From contig NZ_CP018192.1 of assembly GCF_001889525.1 (NCBI RefSeq), positions 1,227,493 to 1,251,492 of the forward strand: DNA of 24,000 bases, read 5' to 3'. Position 1 is the stretch's first letter, and every line of letters starts with the position of its first letter. Shown here piece after piece: positions 1 to 8,518 of the stretch. The notes beneath the pieces were generated by a model, which worked only from the letters and a program-made list of their open reading frames with translations, searched no databases and was not told the DNA's origin. Source of the DNA: Granulibacter bethesdensis. Lineage in GTDB: Bacteria; Pseudomonadota; Alphaproteobacteria; Acetobacterales; Acetobacteraceae. A program made the position numbers and the translations under genes.

Positions 1-141
1 TTCCTCGCACCCTGTATAAGCCTTTCCGGCGGTCAGCTGGATCACGCGGAAGCCGACATAGCGCCAGCCCGCACTCTGCGGCGTGATGTCCATCACAACC
101 CCATCGCCATCGGGAGCGACGCTGTGAACGAGGAGCGACAT
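1..141 (-). CDS. iolB: 5-deoxy-glucuronate isomerase IolB; only the N-terminal 47 codons are present because the gene runs off the left edge
   Basis: Manual reverse translation from ATG at 141..139 gives MSLLVHSVAPDGDGVVMDITPQSAGWRYVGFRVIQLTAGKAYTGCEE. This fits the conserved IolB N-terminus pattern (TP.SAGW.YVGF...L..G). The start overlaps the iolE stop by 1 nt (TGATG). It is in the last position of an iolCDEB gene order. Confidence 0.7.
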   Translation of the reverse strand, partial: MSLLVHSVAPDGDGVVMDITPQSAGWRYVGFRVIQLTAGKAYTGCEE

Positions 142-1031
142 CAGATCAGTCCGCTGGTGCGTGCCAGGCTCTTCAACGTGTCAAGCCCGAGCTGACTGTA
201 ATCGCGCGGATTGGCAATTGCCGGATCCTGCTCTGCTTCAATCACGATCCAGCCGGAATAGTCCATACCGGCGAGTTCCATCAGGAGCGGTGCATAATCA
301 TAGTCGCCATCGCCCGGCGTGGTAAACATTCCCCCCATCACGCCATCAAGGAAGCTCATGCCGTTCGTCAGATATGCATGGTACCTTCTCGACCGTACGT
401 CCTTGCAATGCACGTGGGCAACCCTTTCTGACCAGTGGCGAATCACTGCGATGGGGTCAATCCCGCCATAAATTGCGTGACCCGTGTCCAGAACCAGGCC
501 GACGTGATCATCCGTGTGCGCAAAGAATTGTTCGAGCTCCTCCTGTGTTTCGACAACGGTGCCGAGATGATGGTGGTAAGCAAAGCGGAGACCATTGTCA
601 GTGACGTAGTGCGCTACCCGGTTCAGCCGTTCTCCAAACTGCGGCCAGTCTTCTGCCTGGAGGGTAGGGTGCTTATCGAGGTGGCTTGACCTGTCACTGT
701 GGACGGCATTGCTTGTTTCAGCGAGTATGAAGACGGTTGAATCCATGGCCTTGAGCAGGGCCAGATGAGGTTGCAAAGCCGCAATCTCTGCCTCAGCCTC
801 CCGCGTGAGTAAGCTGGAGCCATACCATCCGCCGATAATGTTGAGGCTGTAGCGCTCCATAATAGGCTTCAGCACGATCGGATCGCGCGGGAATTTGTTG
901 CCGAGTTCGACGCCGTCAAACCCGATCTTGCGAACCTCTGTCAGCAGTTGATCAAGTGTCGTGTCACCACCCAGCTCCGGCATGTCGTCATTTGCCCAGG
1001 CGATCGGGCTGACGCCCCAACGGATCGTCAT
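141..1031 (-). CDS. iolE: Inosose (2-keto-myo-inositol) dehydratase IolE, xylose-isomerase-like TIM barrel
   Basis: 296-aa ORF with N-terminus IRWGVSPIAWANDDMPELGG, typical of IolE. The start overlaps the iolD stop by 4 nt (ATGA at 1028-1031). Operon context is iolC-iolD-iolE-iolB. Confidence 0.88.
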   Translation of the reverse strand: MTIRWGVSPIAWANDDMPELGGDTTLDQLLTEVRKIGFDGVELGNKFPRDPIVLKPIMERYSLNIIGGWYGSSLLTREAEAEIAALQPHLALLKAMDSTVFILAETSNAVHSDRSSHLDKHPTLQAEDWPQFGERLNRVAHYVTDNGLRFAYHHHLGTVVETQEELEQFFAHTDDHVGLVLDTGHAIYGGIDPIAVIRHWSERVAHVHCKDVRSRRYHAYLTNGMSFLDGVMGGMFTTPGDGDYDYAPLLMELAGMDYSGWIVIEAEQDPAIANPRDYSQLGLDTLKSLARTSGLI

Positions 1032-2866
1032 TGACTTTCTCCACGCAGTTTCTGTTCGTAACGGTCACGCGCAGTCTTTACCTCGGCGCGCTCGGAGACT
1101 TCGGCGACCACCACGTCCCACCAATGGCCGCCTGCTTCGGTGGTGATCGATGGATCTGTGTTGATCACGATGACGTAACTTGCGGGTGCCGCCTTGGCGC
1201 GCACCAGCGCTTCCTCAAGCTCTGGGATGCCAGCCACTTTTTCGGCACTTGCACCAAGCCCACGGGCATGCAGCACAAAGTCGATGTTGGCCTCGTTTTT
1301 ATGGAGGGTATCTTGCAACAGATTGTTGAAAGGCCGGCCACCGGTCGCTTTTTGCAATCGATGTATGCAACCGAAACCGCGATTATCCAGCAGCAAGACT
1401 ATGATCTTGTGGCCGAGCATGATCGAGGTCGCGAGTTCAGAATTCAACATCAGATAGCTTCCGTCACCGACCATCACGAAAACATCCCGCAGTGGCAGCG
1501 CCATTTTCACGCCGAGGCCGGCGGCGATCTCATATCCCATACACGAAAAACCATATTCGACATGGTAGCCGAGTGGACACGACGTGCGCCAAAGCTTGTG
1601 AAGTTCGCCGGGAAGGCCACCTGCTGCGCAGACCACGACACTGTTTTCGCCGGCATTGCGCCAGACCGCGCCGATGACTTCTCCATCCGACGGAAGCCTC
1701 ATCGGCCGCGGGGTGGTAGCCTTTTCCCATGCGCGGTTCCATTCCAGGACGGCCTTACAGTTGGCGTCTTGCCAATTCTCGTCCGCGCCCCAGCCTTCCA
1801 GAGCTTTCAGGAGCTCCTGAAGTCCCTCGCGGGCATCACCCACCACAGGAAGTGCGCCATGCTTGCCGGCATCGTATGCGGCCACATTCATCTGAATAAG
1901 GGTCTGCGCCTTGCCAAAGATCGTGCGGGAACCGGTTGTGAAATCCTGCAGTCTCGTACCAACCGCAATGACGCAATCCGCCTCTGATGCTGCCTGGTTG
2001 GCAGCGCTGGTTCCGGTCACACCGAGCGAACCCACAGCCTGTGGATGATCCCAAGGAAGGCTGCCCTTGCCAGCCTGTGTTTCGGCAACTGGTGCGCCGA
2101 TCCGTTCAGCGAACTGCGCCAGCATGGTTTCCGCGCCGGAATAGAGCACCCCCCCGCCGGCAACAATGAGCGGACGCTGCGAGGCACGAATGGCGTGCGC
2201 CGCATCATCTAATTCCGCGAGGGCTGGGCGGATCCGACGCGTGTGCCAGATCCTATGTTCGAAGAAATTCTCTGGATAATTGAAGGCCTCGGCCTGAACG
2301 TCCTGGCACAGTGCAAGCGTGACCGGTCCGCAGGTTGCGGCATCGGTCAGGATGCTCATCGACTGAGGAAGAGACTCAAGGATTTGCTCGGGCCGTGTAA
2401 TTCGGTCAAACCAACGTGAAACCGGGCGGAAGCAGTCATTCGCGCTGACGGTTGCATCCTCAAAACTTTCGATCTGCTGAAGCACGGGTGCGGGCCGCCG
2501 GCTTGCAAAGACGTCACCGGGCAGGAACAACACGGGCAGACGATTGACATGTGCCAGCGCCGCCGCCGTCACCATATTGGTGGCGCCAGGCCCGATCGAT
2601 GTCGTACAGGCCATCGCCCGCCGCCGGCGAGAAGCCTTGGCGAAAGCGATGGAGGCATGCGCCATTCCTTGTTCATTATGGGCGCGGAAAGTTGGCAACG
2701 TATCACCAGTTCCTGCGAGCGCCTCCCCCATGCCTGCAACGTTGCCATGGCCGAAAATTGCCCAGACACCTGCAAAATAGGAAATTTTCACCCCGTCCAG
2801 CTCGACGAATTGAGCCTGCATCCACCGCACCAGCGCCTGAGCCATGGTCAGCCGCACTGTCTGCAT
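1028..2866 (-). CDS. iolD: 3D-(3,5/4)-trihydroxycyclohexane-1,2-dione acylhydrolase IolD (ThDP-dependent)
   Basis: The ORF track gives 1028..2914. I trim the start to ATG 2866..2864 (MQTVRLTMAQALVRW...), which lies 1 nt after the iolC stop (TGA-G-ATG). ThDP-binding motif GDGSYLMLNSEL...LLLDNRGFG is present. About 612 aa, consistent with the acetolactate-synthase-like IolD architecture. Confidence 0.88.
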   Translation of the reverse strand: MQTVRLTMAQALVRWMQAQFVELDGVKISYFAGVWAIFGHGNVAGMGEALAGTGDTLPTFRAHNEQGMAHASIAFAKASRRRRAMACTTSIGPGATNMVTAAALAHVNRLPVLFLPGDVFASRRPAPVLQQIESFEDATVSANDCFRPVSRWFDRITRPEQILESLPQSMSILTDAATCGPVTLALCQDVQAEAFNYPENFFEHRIWHTRRIRPALAELDDAAHAIRASQRPLIVAGGGVLYSGAETMLAQFAERIGAPVAETQAGKGSLPWDHPQAVGSLGVTGTSAANQAASEADCVIAVGTRLQDFTTGSRTIFGKAQTLIQMNVAAYDAGKHGALPVVGDAREGLQELLKALEGWGADENWQDANCKAVLEWNRAWEKATTPRPMRLPSDGEVIGAVWRNAGENSVVVCAAGGLPGELHKLWRTSCPLGYHVEYGFSCMGYEIAAGLGVKMALPLRDVFVMVGDGSYLMLNSELATSIMLGHKIIVLLLDNRGFGCIHRLQKATGGRPFNNLLQDTLHKNEANIDFVLHARGLGASAEKVAGIPELEEALVRAKAAPASYVIVINTDPSITTEAGGHWWDVVVAEVSERAEVKTARDRYEQKLRGESQ

Positions 2867-2867
2867 C

Positions 2868-4811
2868 TCACGCCACCTCTGTTCTGCATGCACCGCGCGC
2901 AACGCGCCAGGCATCGACCAAGGTGCGGAAATTGGCGGTTAGTGCTGCAATTGCCTGCTCATCATCATAATCTCCGGCAAGCCATTTTGCCGCTACGCCG
3001 TGGAAGATTGTCCGGCCAACCGCAAAGCCCTTGACAATGTCAAACGGTGCGGCTGCGTAGAAACTCGCGATCAGTTCTTCCTCAGGGGCAGACAGTCCGA
3101 GAAGAACAACGCCCCGGCAGAAAGGATCACGGCGATTGATAGCAGCGCTGATATTTTCCCAGGCGACAGGATCCTCCGTTGGCTCAAGTTTCCACCAATC
3201 CGGGTAAATGCCAAGATCGTACACATGCTCGATCACGCGCGAGACGGTGGTACAGTCGATGATGCCATGCCTGGAGGCAATAATCTCCAGAAGTAATTCA
3301 TGCCTGGTTGCGCGGCATGCATCGAATAGGCGTAGCAACTGCCGATCTTGTTGAGCGCGCAACTGTTTCGGATCGTCGGGATGATATAAGACCAGACATT
3401 TCACGACATGATGGAGCGGCCACTCGCGAAGTCTGACGCCTACATCAGGCGAACCCTCGAATACGAGTGGTCGGGAGCCTGGTTTTTCGATGGGACGTCC
3501 GATCCAATAAGGAAGGTCTGCTGCCTGCTCCAGAGCAGGCGCTCCAAACCGCCCATCCAGCAAGATGCCGAAGCGTCGGTCGTCACCTGCAACGCGTTCA
3601 ACGGCATGGAGCGCAAGCGATTTGAAGGCAGGAACTCGATCCGCATCCGTTCCGAGCTCGGCAACAAGATCTTCAAACTGGCTGCGATGATCCATGGCCA
3701 GCGCGATCAACTCGGAATAATCCCGCGTTCTGTTGGTCGCCCAGTGAACATGTTCAAGATAGGCGCTATCGCGCAGGCGGTATGGCCAATCCTTGCCCTG
3801 GAGAAAGATCTGCAGTTCTTCCCAGCTTGGCATAGCCGGCGCGCAACCATGGCGCGAAACGACCAGTGCACCGCAGGCATTGCCATATTCGCAGCACGTA
3901 GCAACCGGCATATCCTGCAGCCAGCCTCTCAGAAAGCCAGCCATAAAGGCATCACCGGCACCGAGAACATTGAGCACTTCAATCGGAAAGCCGCGCCCGA
4001 CGATTCCCCCATCAAGCGAGTCAGGAATTTGCCCTGCGAAGGCGACACATCCTTCTGATCCTCGCTTGCATACAAGCAGCGCATCGGAACCGGCGCGGAT
4101 TGCACGGAGCGACGTCATTGTATCCGTCGACCCTCCGAGGATGTGGATTTCCTCCTCGGTACCCACGATGAGGTCGCACTTAGGCAGGATTTTTTGGAGT
4201 TCTCGTGTGACATCCGCAGCGGCAACGAAGCGGTTCTCTCCCATATCCTTCGAGGTAAGCCCCCAGAGAACAGGCCTATAATCGATATCAAAGATCACAC
4301 GGCCGCCCGCTGCCTTGATGGTCTCGATCGCTTTCCAGCAGGCGGCAAAAACGCCTGGCTGCGAGAGATGGGTGCCGTTGACCAGCACTGCCCGGGCCGA
4401 CCGCACGAATTCTACATCGATATCGTCAGTGACGAGGCCCATATCAGCACAATTTTCGCGATAGAAAATGAGCGGAAATGTCTCCCGATCGCGGATGCCT
4501 AGAATTGCAAGTGCCGTGAGCCGATCAGGATCGATCTGGACGCCGCGCGGATCGACACCTTCGCGATCAAGCGCCTCAATAATAAAACGGCCCATATGAT
4601 CATTGCCGACGCGTGTCAGCAGTGCGGCGTTCAGGCCGAGGCGCGCCACCCCGATCGCAGTATTTGTAGGGCTTCCGCCGACATATTTGGCAAAGCTTCC
4701 CATATCCTCAAGCCTGCCGCCAATCTGATCGCCATAGAGGTCAACTCCCGCACGGCCGATCGTGATGACGTCAAGCTTTGGTTTGTCGCTGCCTGCGCTA
4801 GAATTAACCAT
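2868..4811 (-). CDS. iolC: 5-dehydro-2-deoxygluconokinase IolC (PfkB family) fused to a ~300-aa C-terminal aldolase-like (DUF2090-type) domain
   Basis: 647 aa. The N-terminal half carries PfkB signatures (KLDVITIGRAGVDLYG, GGSPTNTA, VLGAGDAFMAGFL). The C-terminal half (about aa 340-647: ...ALAMDHRSQFEDL...DWWKLEP...) matches the extension seen in long alphaproteobacterial IolC proteins. A strong SD precedes the ATG (GCGAGGTGCAGAA-ATG on the minus strand). Confidence 0.85.
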   Translation of the reverse strand: MVNSSAGSDKPKLDVITIGRAGVDLYGDQIGGRLEDMGSFAKYVGGSPTNTAIGVARLGLNAALLTRVGNDHMGRFIIEALDREGVDPRGVQIDPDRLTALAILGIRDRETFPLIFYRENCADMGLVTDDIDVEFVRSARAVLVNGTHLSQPGVFAACWKAIETIKAAGGRVIFDIDYRPVLWGLTSKDMGENRFVAAADVTRELQKILPKCDLIVGTEEEIHILGGSTDTMTSLRAIRAGSDALLVCKRGSEGCVAFAGQIPDSLDGGIVGRGFPIEVLNVLGAGDAFMAGFLRGWLQDMPVATCCEYGNACGALVVSRHGCAPAMPSWEELQIFLQGKDWPYRLRDSAYLEHVHWATNRTRDYSELIALAMDHRSQFEDLVAELGTDADRVPAFKSLALHAVERVAGDDRRFGILLDGRFGAPALEQAADLPYWIGRPIEKPGSRPLVFEGSPDVGVRLREWPLHHVVKCLVLYHPDDPKQLRAQQDRQLLRLFDACRATRHELLLEIIASRHGIIDCTTVSRVIEHVYDLGIYPDWWKLEPTEDPVAWENISAAINRRDPFCRGVVLLGLSAPEEELIASFYAAAPFDIVKGFAVGRTIFHGVAAKWLAGDYDDEQAIAALTANFRTLVDAWRVARGACRTEVA

Positions 4812-4970
4812 TCTGCACCTCGCGATTTATGTTGAAACATATATTACATAGTGCGATAAAATGCAATATAAATTCTATCTTGTTTGCAGGATGGTGCCTT
4901 TATGGATTCCATAAGAGCGTCCACCCCTCAGGGTTTGGCTGCCCATGGATCTGTCTCGGGAAAATATGGA
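4812..4970. promoter_or_regulatory. Divergent iolC / idhA control region with two palindromes (candidate repressor operators) and overlapping sigma70-like promoters
   Basis: AT-rich 159-bp spacer. Palindromes: TATGTT-GA-AACATA (4828..4841) and TTATGGA-T-TCCATAA (4900..4914). Plus-strand promoter candidate: TTGAAA (4832-4837), 17 nt, GATAAA (4855-4860). Minus-strand promoter candidate: TTGCAT (complement of 4861-4866), 17 nt, TATATG (complement of 4838-4843). All were read by eye. Confidence 0.5.
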
Positions 4971-5957
4971 ATGTTGAACGTCGTACAGTTTGGTGCCGGT
5001 CGGATTGGCCACATTCATGCAGCGAACATTGCCGCGGAAGGTCGCATGCGGCTGGCCCGGGTGGTGGACCCGATGACCGAGTCCGCCTCAAGCATGGCCG
5101 CGCTGTATGGTGCCCGGGTTTCGGATATGGGGGAGGCGCTCGCCGATCCCGAGATCGCAGGCGTGATCATTGCCAGCCCTACCGCCCTGCATCTTGACCA
5201 TGCGATCGCGGCGGCACGCGCGGGCAAGGCAATCTTCTGCGAAAAGCCGCTTGATCTCGATCTTGACCGGGTGCGGGCGGCTGGTTGCGAATTGAGCGAT
5301 GCAGTCGCAAGGCTTTTTCTTGCGTTCAACCGGCGCTTTGATCCTAATTTTTCTGAGCTGAAAAGAAGGCTTGTATCAGGCGCTGTAGGGAATCTGGAGA
5401 CGATTCATATTATCAGTCATGATCCGGGCCCCCCGCCTCTGAGCTATGTCCGGAGTAGCGGAGGCATTTTCAAGGACATGTCAATACACGACCTCGATAT
5501 GGCGCGCTGGCTGCTTGAGGAGGAGCCGATCGAAGTGTTTGCGAGCGCCGCCGCATTGTTCGACCCGGCGATCGAGGAGGCCGGTGACTTTGACACTGCG
5601 AAAATCATCCTGCGCACTACCTCTGGCAAGATGTGCTTCATCAGCAATAGTCGCCGATCCGGCTACGGCTATGATCAGAGAATTGAAGCATTCGGATCGC
5701 ACGGGATGGTCTGCGCTCGAAACGTCGTTGAAACGACGGTTGAGCAGTGGGGAGAGCAAGGTGTTAGTGCAGACCGATTGCAGAACTTCTTCCTTGAGCG
5801 TTATGCGTCGGCCTACCGTGCGGAAATGAGCCACTTTGCAGACATCATGGAAGGCAAGGTTCGCCCTTTGATCGGTTATGCGGATGGTTTGCGGGCGCTT
5901 GAGCTTGCGGTTGCAGCTTATAAGTCGGCTACAACACGTTGTATCGTTCAGCTCTGA
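4971..5957 (+). CDS. idhA: myo-Inositol 2-dehydrogenase (Gfo/Idh/MocA family, IdhA/IolG-like)
   Basis: The ORF track starts at 4884. I prefer ATG 4971 (MLNVVQFGAGRIGHIH...) because it puts the Rossmann GxGxxG at the N-terminus, as is usual for this family. Motifs: GKAIFCEKPLDLD, FNRRFDP, SGGIFKDMSIHDLDMARWLL, ISNSRRSGYGYDQRIE. This pattern matches what I recall of rhizobial IdhA. Confidence 0.8.
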   Translation: MLNVVQFGAGRIGHIHAANIAAEGRMRLARVVDPMTESASSMAALYGARVSDMGEALADPEIAGVIIASPTALHLDHAIAAARAGKAIFCEKPLDLDLDRVRAAGCELSDAVARLFLAFNRRFDPNFSELKRRLVSGAVGNLETIHIISHDPGPPPLSYVRSSGGIFKDMSIHDLDMARWLLEEEPIEVFASAAALFDPAIEEAGDFDTAKIILRTTSGKMCFISNSRRSGYGYDQRIEAFGSHGMVCARNVVETTVEQWGEQGVSADRLQNFFLERYASAYRAEMSHFADIMEGKVRPLIGYADGLRALELAVAAYKSATTRCIVQL

Positions 5958-6075
5958 TCCCTGCGTGGCACTATTTCGGTAGATATCAGGCGGAGATGCC
6001 TGCCGGCATTGAACGCATGTGGCCCACGCTCTAAACTGTCACGCAACAGGTGCCGTCATTGACGAAGAGAGGACG

Positions 6076-6936
6076 ATGCAGATCGAGGACGCGGAGCAAC
6101 TGAAAGCGGCGATTCTGGAACAGTTCGACGGTTTGAGCCCTCGGCTCCGGCAGATCGCTCAGTTCATCCTCGATGACCCCCACAGCATGGGTGTTGAAAC
6201 CCTCGCCGTCATATCCGAGCGTATCGGCGTGCATGCATCCGCGATCGTGCGTTTTGCAAAGACATTTGGCTTTGACGGTGCAGTGCCAATGCAGCGCATT
6301 TTGAAGGACCGTCTACTCGAGAGTCAGCCAGAAAGTGTTTATCATCGTCGCGCACGCGAATTCGCGAATGCCTCAGGTGCATATGCAGACGAGCCTTATG
6401 ATTTACTTGTTGAATTCGCGAATGCCTCAAGTCTTTCGCTCAACCATCTTCTAAGCGCGATCAATCGACAGACTTTTGAGACCGCGGTCGACCTCATCAA
6501 CAGCGCGGATACCATCTATGTCTCCGGCTTCCGGCGCTCCTTTCCAGTGGCCGCTTATTTTTCCTATTCCCTTCAACAAGGTGGAAAGCGCACGGTGCTG
6601 GTCGATGGCGTGGGCGGTCTTTCCTTGATGCAGATCGGCCAAATCTGTTCAAAAGATCTGATCATTGGCATCAGTTTCACGCCTTATGCGCAGGAAACAA
6701 TTGAGCTGCTCCAGCGTGCGGCCAAGGCAGGCGCGGCATCACTTGTCATTACCGACACGACGGTCAGCCCGGTTACGCGCTCTGCCACCTGTGCCATACA
6801 AATCCTCAATGTGGAGGCGCGGGGATTTCGGACCATGTCAGCATCAATGTGCGTCGCGCAAGCCTTGGCCGTTGCGCACGCCTTCAGGGACGAAGCAGGT
6901 CGCCCGCAATCTCGGAAATCAAAACGATCCCGCTGA
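6076..6936 (+). CDS. iolR: RpiR-family transcriptional regulator (HTH_6 + SIS domains), likely the inositol-locus repressor (IolR-like)
   Basis: The ORF track starts at GTG 6019. I prefer ATG 6076, which is preceded by GAAGAGAGGACG. N-terminal HTH region: LSPRLRQIAQFILDDP...ISERIGVHASAIVRFAKTFGFDG. SIS domain: TIYVSGFRRSFPVAAYF...LIIGISF. The iolR name rests on locus context and the RpiR-type IolR of Sinorhizobium. Confidence 0.75.
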   Translation: MQIEDAEQLKAAILEQFDGLSPRLRQIAQFILDDPHSMGVETLAVISERIGVHASAIVRFAKTFGFDGAVPMQRILKDRLLESQPESVYHRRAREFANASGAYADEPYDLLVEFANASSLSLNHLLSAINRQTFETAVDLINSADTIYVSGFRRSFPVAAYFSYSLQQGGKRTVLVDGVGGLSLMQIGQICSKDLIIGISFTPYAQETIELLQRAAKAGAASLVITDTTVSPVTRSATCAIQILNVEARGFRTMSASMCVAQALAVAHAFRDEAGRPQSRKSKRSR

Positions 6937-6947
6937 GATCGATATTT

Positions 6948-8384
6948 TTATCTGGCGCTATGAAACAGCTCTTCAATATCTTCGAGGCTTCGACCCGCAG
7001 TCTCGGGTATATATAGTCTGGTGAACAGGATCGAGCAGATACCGCACCCGACAAAGATCAGAAATGTCATTGGCACCCCGATCGTCGCGATCAGAGGAGG
7101 AAATGCGAGAGCGACCAGGAAATTTGCGAGCCATAGTATCAGGACTGCAGCACCCATGCCCATTCCGCGGATGCGCAGCGGGAAGATTTCAGCAAGAAGA
7201 ACCCAGGTAACGGGGGAAACAAAACCTTGCTGAAAGGCGAGGAACAACGACATACCAAACAGCATCAGGGCTGCCAGCAGATGAGATGGTGAGAACCAGA
7301 GTGAGCACAGACCAATCAGCAAAAGTGAAGTGGTTGTTCCGACAAGACCTAATGTGAGCATTCGTGGCCGTCCGAGCCGACCAAGCAGATAGATGCCGAT
7401 AAAGGTTGCGAACACCGAGACGGCGCCGTTTAGAACGTTGGCGATCAGCGCTCCTTTCTCTCCAAAACCGGATTCTGACAGAATCTGGGTTCCGTAATAC
7501 ATGATAGCATTCACGCCCGTGACTTGCTGGATCACGCCAATTCCAAGCGCAATCAAAAAGATTTGCCGAATCCAGGGTTCGGCAAGATGAGCCCATCCGC
7601 GGGTTGTCTCCGCTTGCTCCATCCTTTGTACCCGATCAATCTCGTTCAGTTCGTCCTGAACAATGTCAGGGTTACGGATTTGCTCAAGAATTACGGCGGC
7701 GTCCTGGCTCCGTCCCTTGGAAACCAGCCAGCGTGGACTCTCGGGCATGACGAGCATGCCAACGCCGAGCGCAAACGCCGGTAGAGTCGCGACCGAAAGC
7801 ATCCATCGCCAGATACTGGCCTGCTCACCCCAAATGTTTCCAATGAAAGCGTTGATTGCAAAGGCGAGAAGCTGGCCCGACACGATCATCAGCTCGTTGC
7901 AAGTGATAAGCCGCCCTCTACGGTATGCGGGAGCCAGTTCGGATAAATAGGTCGGTACAGCAACTGACGCTCCTCCAACCGCCAGACCCAGGACGGCACG
8001 GAAGCCAATAAGAGCATGAATAGTCGGGGCCATGCTGCAAGCCAGCGCACCTACAAAGAAGACAAGCGACAATAGGAGGATCGTCTTGCGCCGACCCATT
8101 GCATCGCACATCCGACCACTCACCGCAGCACCCAGCGCGGCTCCAAGCAGTAAAGCGCCTGTCACCATCCCTTCGGTGGCCGGAGTGAGCGCAAGATCGC
8201 GGCCTATATAAGTCAGCGCCCCATTAATGACGCCGGTATCGTATCCAAAGAGAAGGCCGCCCAAGGTTGAAACGACGGTAATCAGTGCAAGCGCACGTCG
8301 GCTTTGCCGTGTTTCCGTGATGCGGCCCAGATTTTCATTCGTGTCATGAGAAAAAGATGTGACGTGTATCGGTGGCGAACTCAT
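6948..8384 (-). CDS. MFS sugar-porter family transporter (candidate myo-inositol:H+ symporter, IolT-like)
   Basis: 478 aa with sugar-porter signatures GGLLFGYDTGVINGAL, DAMGRRKTILL, PESPRWL and PETAGRSLEDIE. A strong SD precedes the ATG (GGAAGGAGGTAGGG-ATG on the minus strand). Inositol as substrate is inferred only from position next to the iol genes. Confidence 0.85.
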   Translation of the reverse strand: MSSPPIHVTSFSHDTNENLGRITETRQSRRALALITVVSTLGGLLFGYDTGVINGALTYIGRDLALTPATEGMVTGALLLGAALGAAVSGRMCDAMGRRKTILLLSLVFFVGALACSMAPTIHALIGFRAVLGLAVGGASVAVPTYLSELAPAYRRGRLITCNELMIVSGQLLAFAINAFIGNIWGEQASIWRWMLSVATLPAFALGVGMLVMPESPRWLVSKGRSQDAAVILEQIRNPDIVQDELNEIDRVQRMEQAETTRGWAHLAEPWIRQIFLIALGIGVIQQVTGVNAIMYYGTQILSESGFGEKGALIANVLNGAVSVFATFIGIYLLGRLGRPRMLTLGLVGTTTSLLLIGLCSLWFSPSHLLAALMLFGMSLFLAFQQGFVSPVTWVLLAEIFPLRIRGMGMGAAVLILWLANFLVALAFPPLIATIGVPMTFLIFVGCGICSILFTRLYIPETAGRSLEDIEELFHSAR

Positions 8385-8518
8385 CCCTACCTCCTTCCGA
8401 AGAATGGCGATCTCCTTGCGAAGTCGGATGGCGGGAATTTTTCCAAACCGGCTGTACCCTCACATTTGCGTTAGAGTGATCTTTATCAAGTTTTTATGGT
8501 ATTTTTTAAAATTCTCAG

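Noticed and set aside
2867-2914. N-terminal extensions in the ORF track: iolD to 2914, idhA from 4884, iolR from 6019, tolB from 16491, pal from 18036 and cpoB from 18579
   Set aside because: In each case a downstream start has a better SD. It also restores the family-typical N-terminus: Rossmann GxGxxG, lipobox, signal peptide, or stop-start coupling. The extensions would overlap upstream genes or terminators.
3686-3699. 14-nt exact match GATGATCCATGGCC between the iolC coding sequence (3686-3699) and the complement of 12464-12477
   Set aside because: One to a few 14-mers shared between strands are expected by chance in a 24-kb window. I used this as a calibration against over-interpreting the ATGGA/TCCAT palindrome similarity.
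6056-6066. 11-bp palindrome CGTCA-T-TGACG just upstream of the iolR SD, considered as a possible autoregulation site
   Set aside because: Palindromes with 5-bp arms are expected about 20 times per spacer length in 24 kb by chance. The sequence is unrelated to the two palindromes in the iolC/idhA region.
6925-6949. Weak hairpin CGATC-N7-GATCG followed by ATATTTTTA at the iolR/MFS convergent junction, considered as a possible bidirectional terminator
   Set aside because: The stem is only 5 bp and AT-containing, and it overlaps both stop codons. It is too weak to call without folding energies or 3'-end data.
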